Origin: Micrococcus luteus NCTC 2665
GTDB lineage: Bacteria > Actinomycetota > Actinomycetes > Actinomycetales > Micrococcaceae
Assembly (NCBI RefSeq): GCF_000023205.1
Contig: NC_012803.1
Span: forward strand, 2,160,001-2,192,000
Reading direction: 5' to 3'
Length of the DNA stretch: 32,000 nt
Made by a program: the position numbers and the translations under genes. The notes under the pieces were generated by a model. The model was not told where the DNA came from, ran no database searches, and saw only the letters and a list, made by a program, of their open reading frames with translations. Positions 31,073 through 32,000 of the stretch are shown here, one piece after another. Within the stretch, counting starts at the first letter, position 1; every line of letters starts with the position of its first letter.

Positions 31073-32000
31073 ATGTCCGAGTTCACCCGTTTCGAGCAGG
31101 TCGCCGTGCTGGGCACCGGCGTGCTGGGTTCGCAGATCATCATGCAGGCGGCGTACCACGGCAAGAAGGTGATGGCCTACGACGCCGTCCCCGCCGCCCT
31201 CGAGGGGATCGAGCGCCGCTGGGCGTGGATCCGCCAAGGCTACGAAGCAGACCTCGGGGAGGGCTACGACCCGCAGCGCTTCGACGAGGCCATCGCCCGC
31301 ATCACGCCGACCTCCGACCTCGGCGAGGCCCTGGCGGATGCGGACATCGTGATCGAGGCCGTCCCGGAGAACCTGGAGCTCAAGCGCAAGGTGTGGGCCC
31401 AGGTGGGCGAGCTCGCCCCCGCCACGACCCTGTTCGCCACGAACACCTCCTCCCTGCTGCCCTCGGACTTCGCCGACGCCAGCGGCCATCCGGAGCGCTT
31501 CCTGGCCCTGCACTACGCCAACCGCATCTGGGCGCAGAACACCGCCGAGGTCATGGGCACCGCCGCCACCTCGCCGGAGGCCGTCGCGGGAGCCCTGCAG
31601 TTCGCCGAGGAGACCGGCATGGTCCCCGTGCACGTGCGCAAGGAGATCCCGGGCTACTTCCTCAACTCCCTGCTCATCCCGTGGCTGCAGGCCGGCTCCA
31701 AGCTGTACATGCACGGAGTGGGCAACCCGGCGGACATCGACCGCACCTGGCGCGTGGCCACCGGCAACGAGCGCGGCCCGTTCCAGACCTACGACATCGT
31801 GGGCTTCCACGTGGCCGCCAACGTCTCCCGCAACACGGGCGTCGACTGGCAGCTCGGCTTCGCTGAGCTGCTCGAGAAGAGCATCGCCGAGGGCCACAGC
31901 GGCGTGGCTGACGGCCAGGGCTTCTACCGCTACGGGCCGGACGGGGAGAACCTCGGCCCGGTGGAGGACTGGAACCTGGGCGACAAGGACACCCCGCTCG
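31073..32000 (+). CDS. 3-hydroxyacyl-CoA dehydrogenase family protein; the 3' end lies outside the window
   Basis: This frame-2 ORF is open from ATG 31073 to the window edge and is absent from the ORF track because it has no stop. The translation reads [33 protein letters not shown] (NAD fold), [44 protein letters not shown]3 bias is strong. The listed 30961-31866 ORF is its Arg-rich shadow frame. Confidence 0.8.

Noticed and set aside
30961-31866. The listed 301-aa ORF at 30961-31866(+), taken as the gene after paaZ.
   Set aside because: Its translation is Arg/Pro/Gly-rich with no motifs. The overlapping frame-2 ORF from 31073 has a clear NAD-binding 3-hydroxyacyl-CoA dehydrogenase sequence and the correct GC3 bias.
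1-32000. A search for tRNA, rRNA, tmRNA, transposase, integrase or prophage genes.
   Set aside because: I found no cloverleaf-like segments and no rRNA-like conserved blocks. No DDE/serine/tyrosine recombinase or phage structural motifs appeared in any frame I read.

Overview
The window is very GC-rich (roughly 70%+ by eye, with a strong GC3 codon bias). This is typical of high-GC Actinomycetota; an assignment to Micrococcales is only a guess from gene content. Most of it is an aromatic-acid catabolic neighbourhood. It carries hpaH-hpaI (the homoprotocatechuate lower pathway) and an IclR regulator plus aminotransferase lying divergent from a large FAD aromatic hydroxylase. It also carries a fragmented phenylacetyl-CoA (paa) cluster: paaABCDE-paaG, an MHS-type MFS transporter, paaJ-paaF-paaH, paaZ, and an extra 3-hydroxyacyl-CoA dehydrogenase that runs off the 3' end. 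Interspersed genes are selO, a Rieske ferredoxin/ferredoxin-reductase pair with no oxygenase, a secreted amidase with four LysM repeats, an HPP membrane protein, yjbR and an SRPBCC gene, and panD. I saw no rRNA, tRNA, CRISPR array, transposase or integrase. Three things stand out. (1) Two divergent paralogues of an AbiEi-like wHTH + DUF559 (PD-(D/E)xK) nuclease are each bracketed by their own family of palindromic intergenic repeats. Family A flanks the first in inverted orientation and family B flanks the second in direct orientation, and both genes keep a conserved hairpin that buries the start codon. This resembles a REPtron, but with a different enzyme class. (2) A translationally coupled pair, a small WxG-containing helical protein and a helical-N-terminus/alpha-beta-hydrolase (GYSQGG) protein, looks like a type VII secretion lipase-type effector module wedged between catabolic operons. 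(3) A set of recurring operator-like motifs ties the scattered paa units and the transporter into one or two regulons, while the cognate regulator is not in the window. All functional calls rest on my reading of the translated ORFs and on remembered family motifs. No database search was run.
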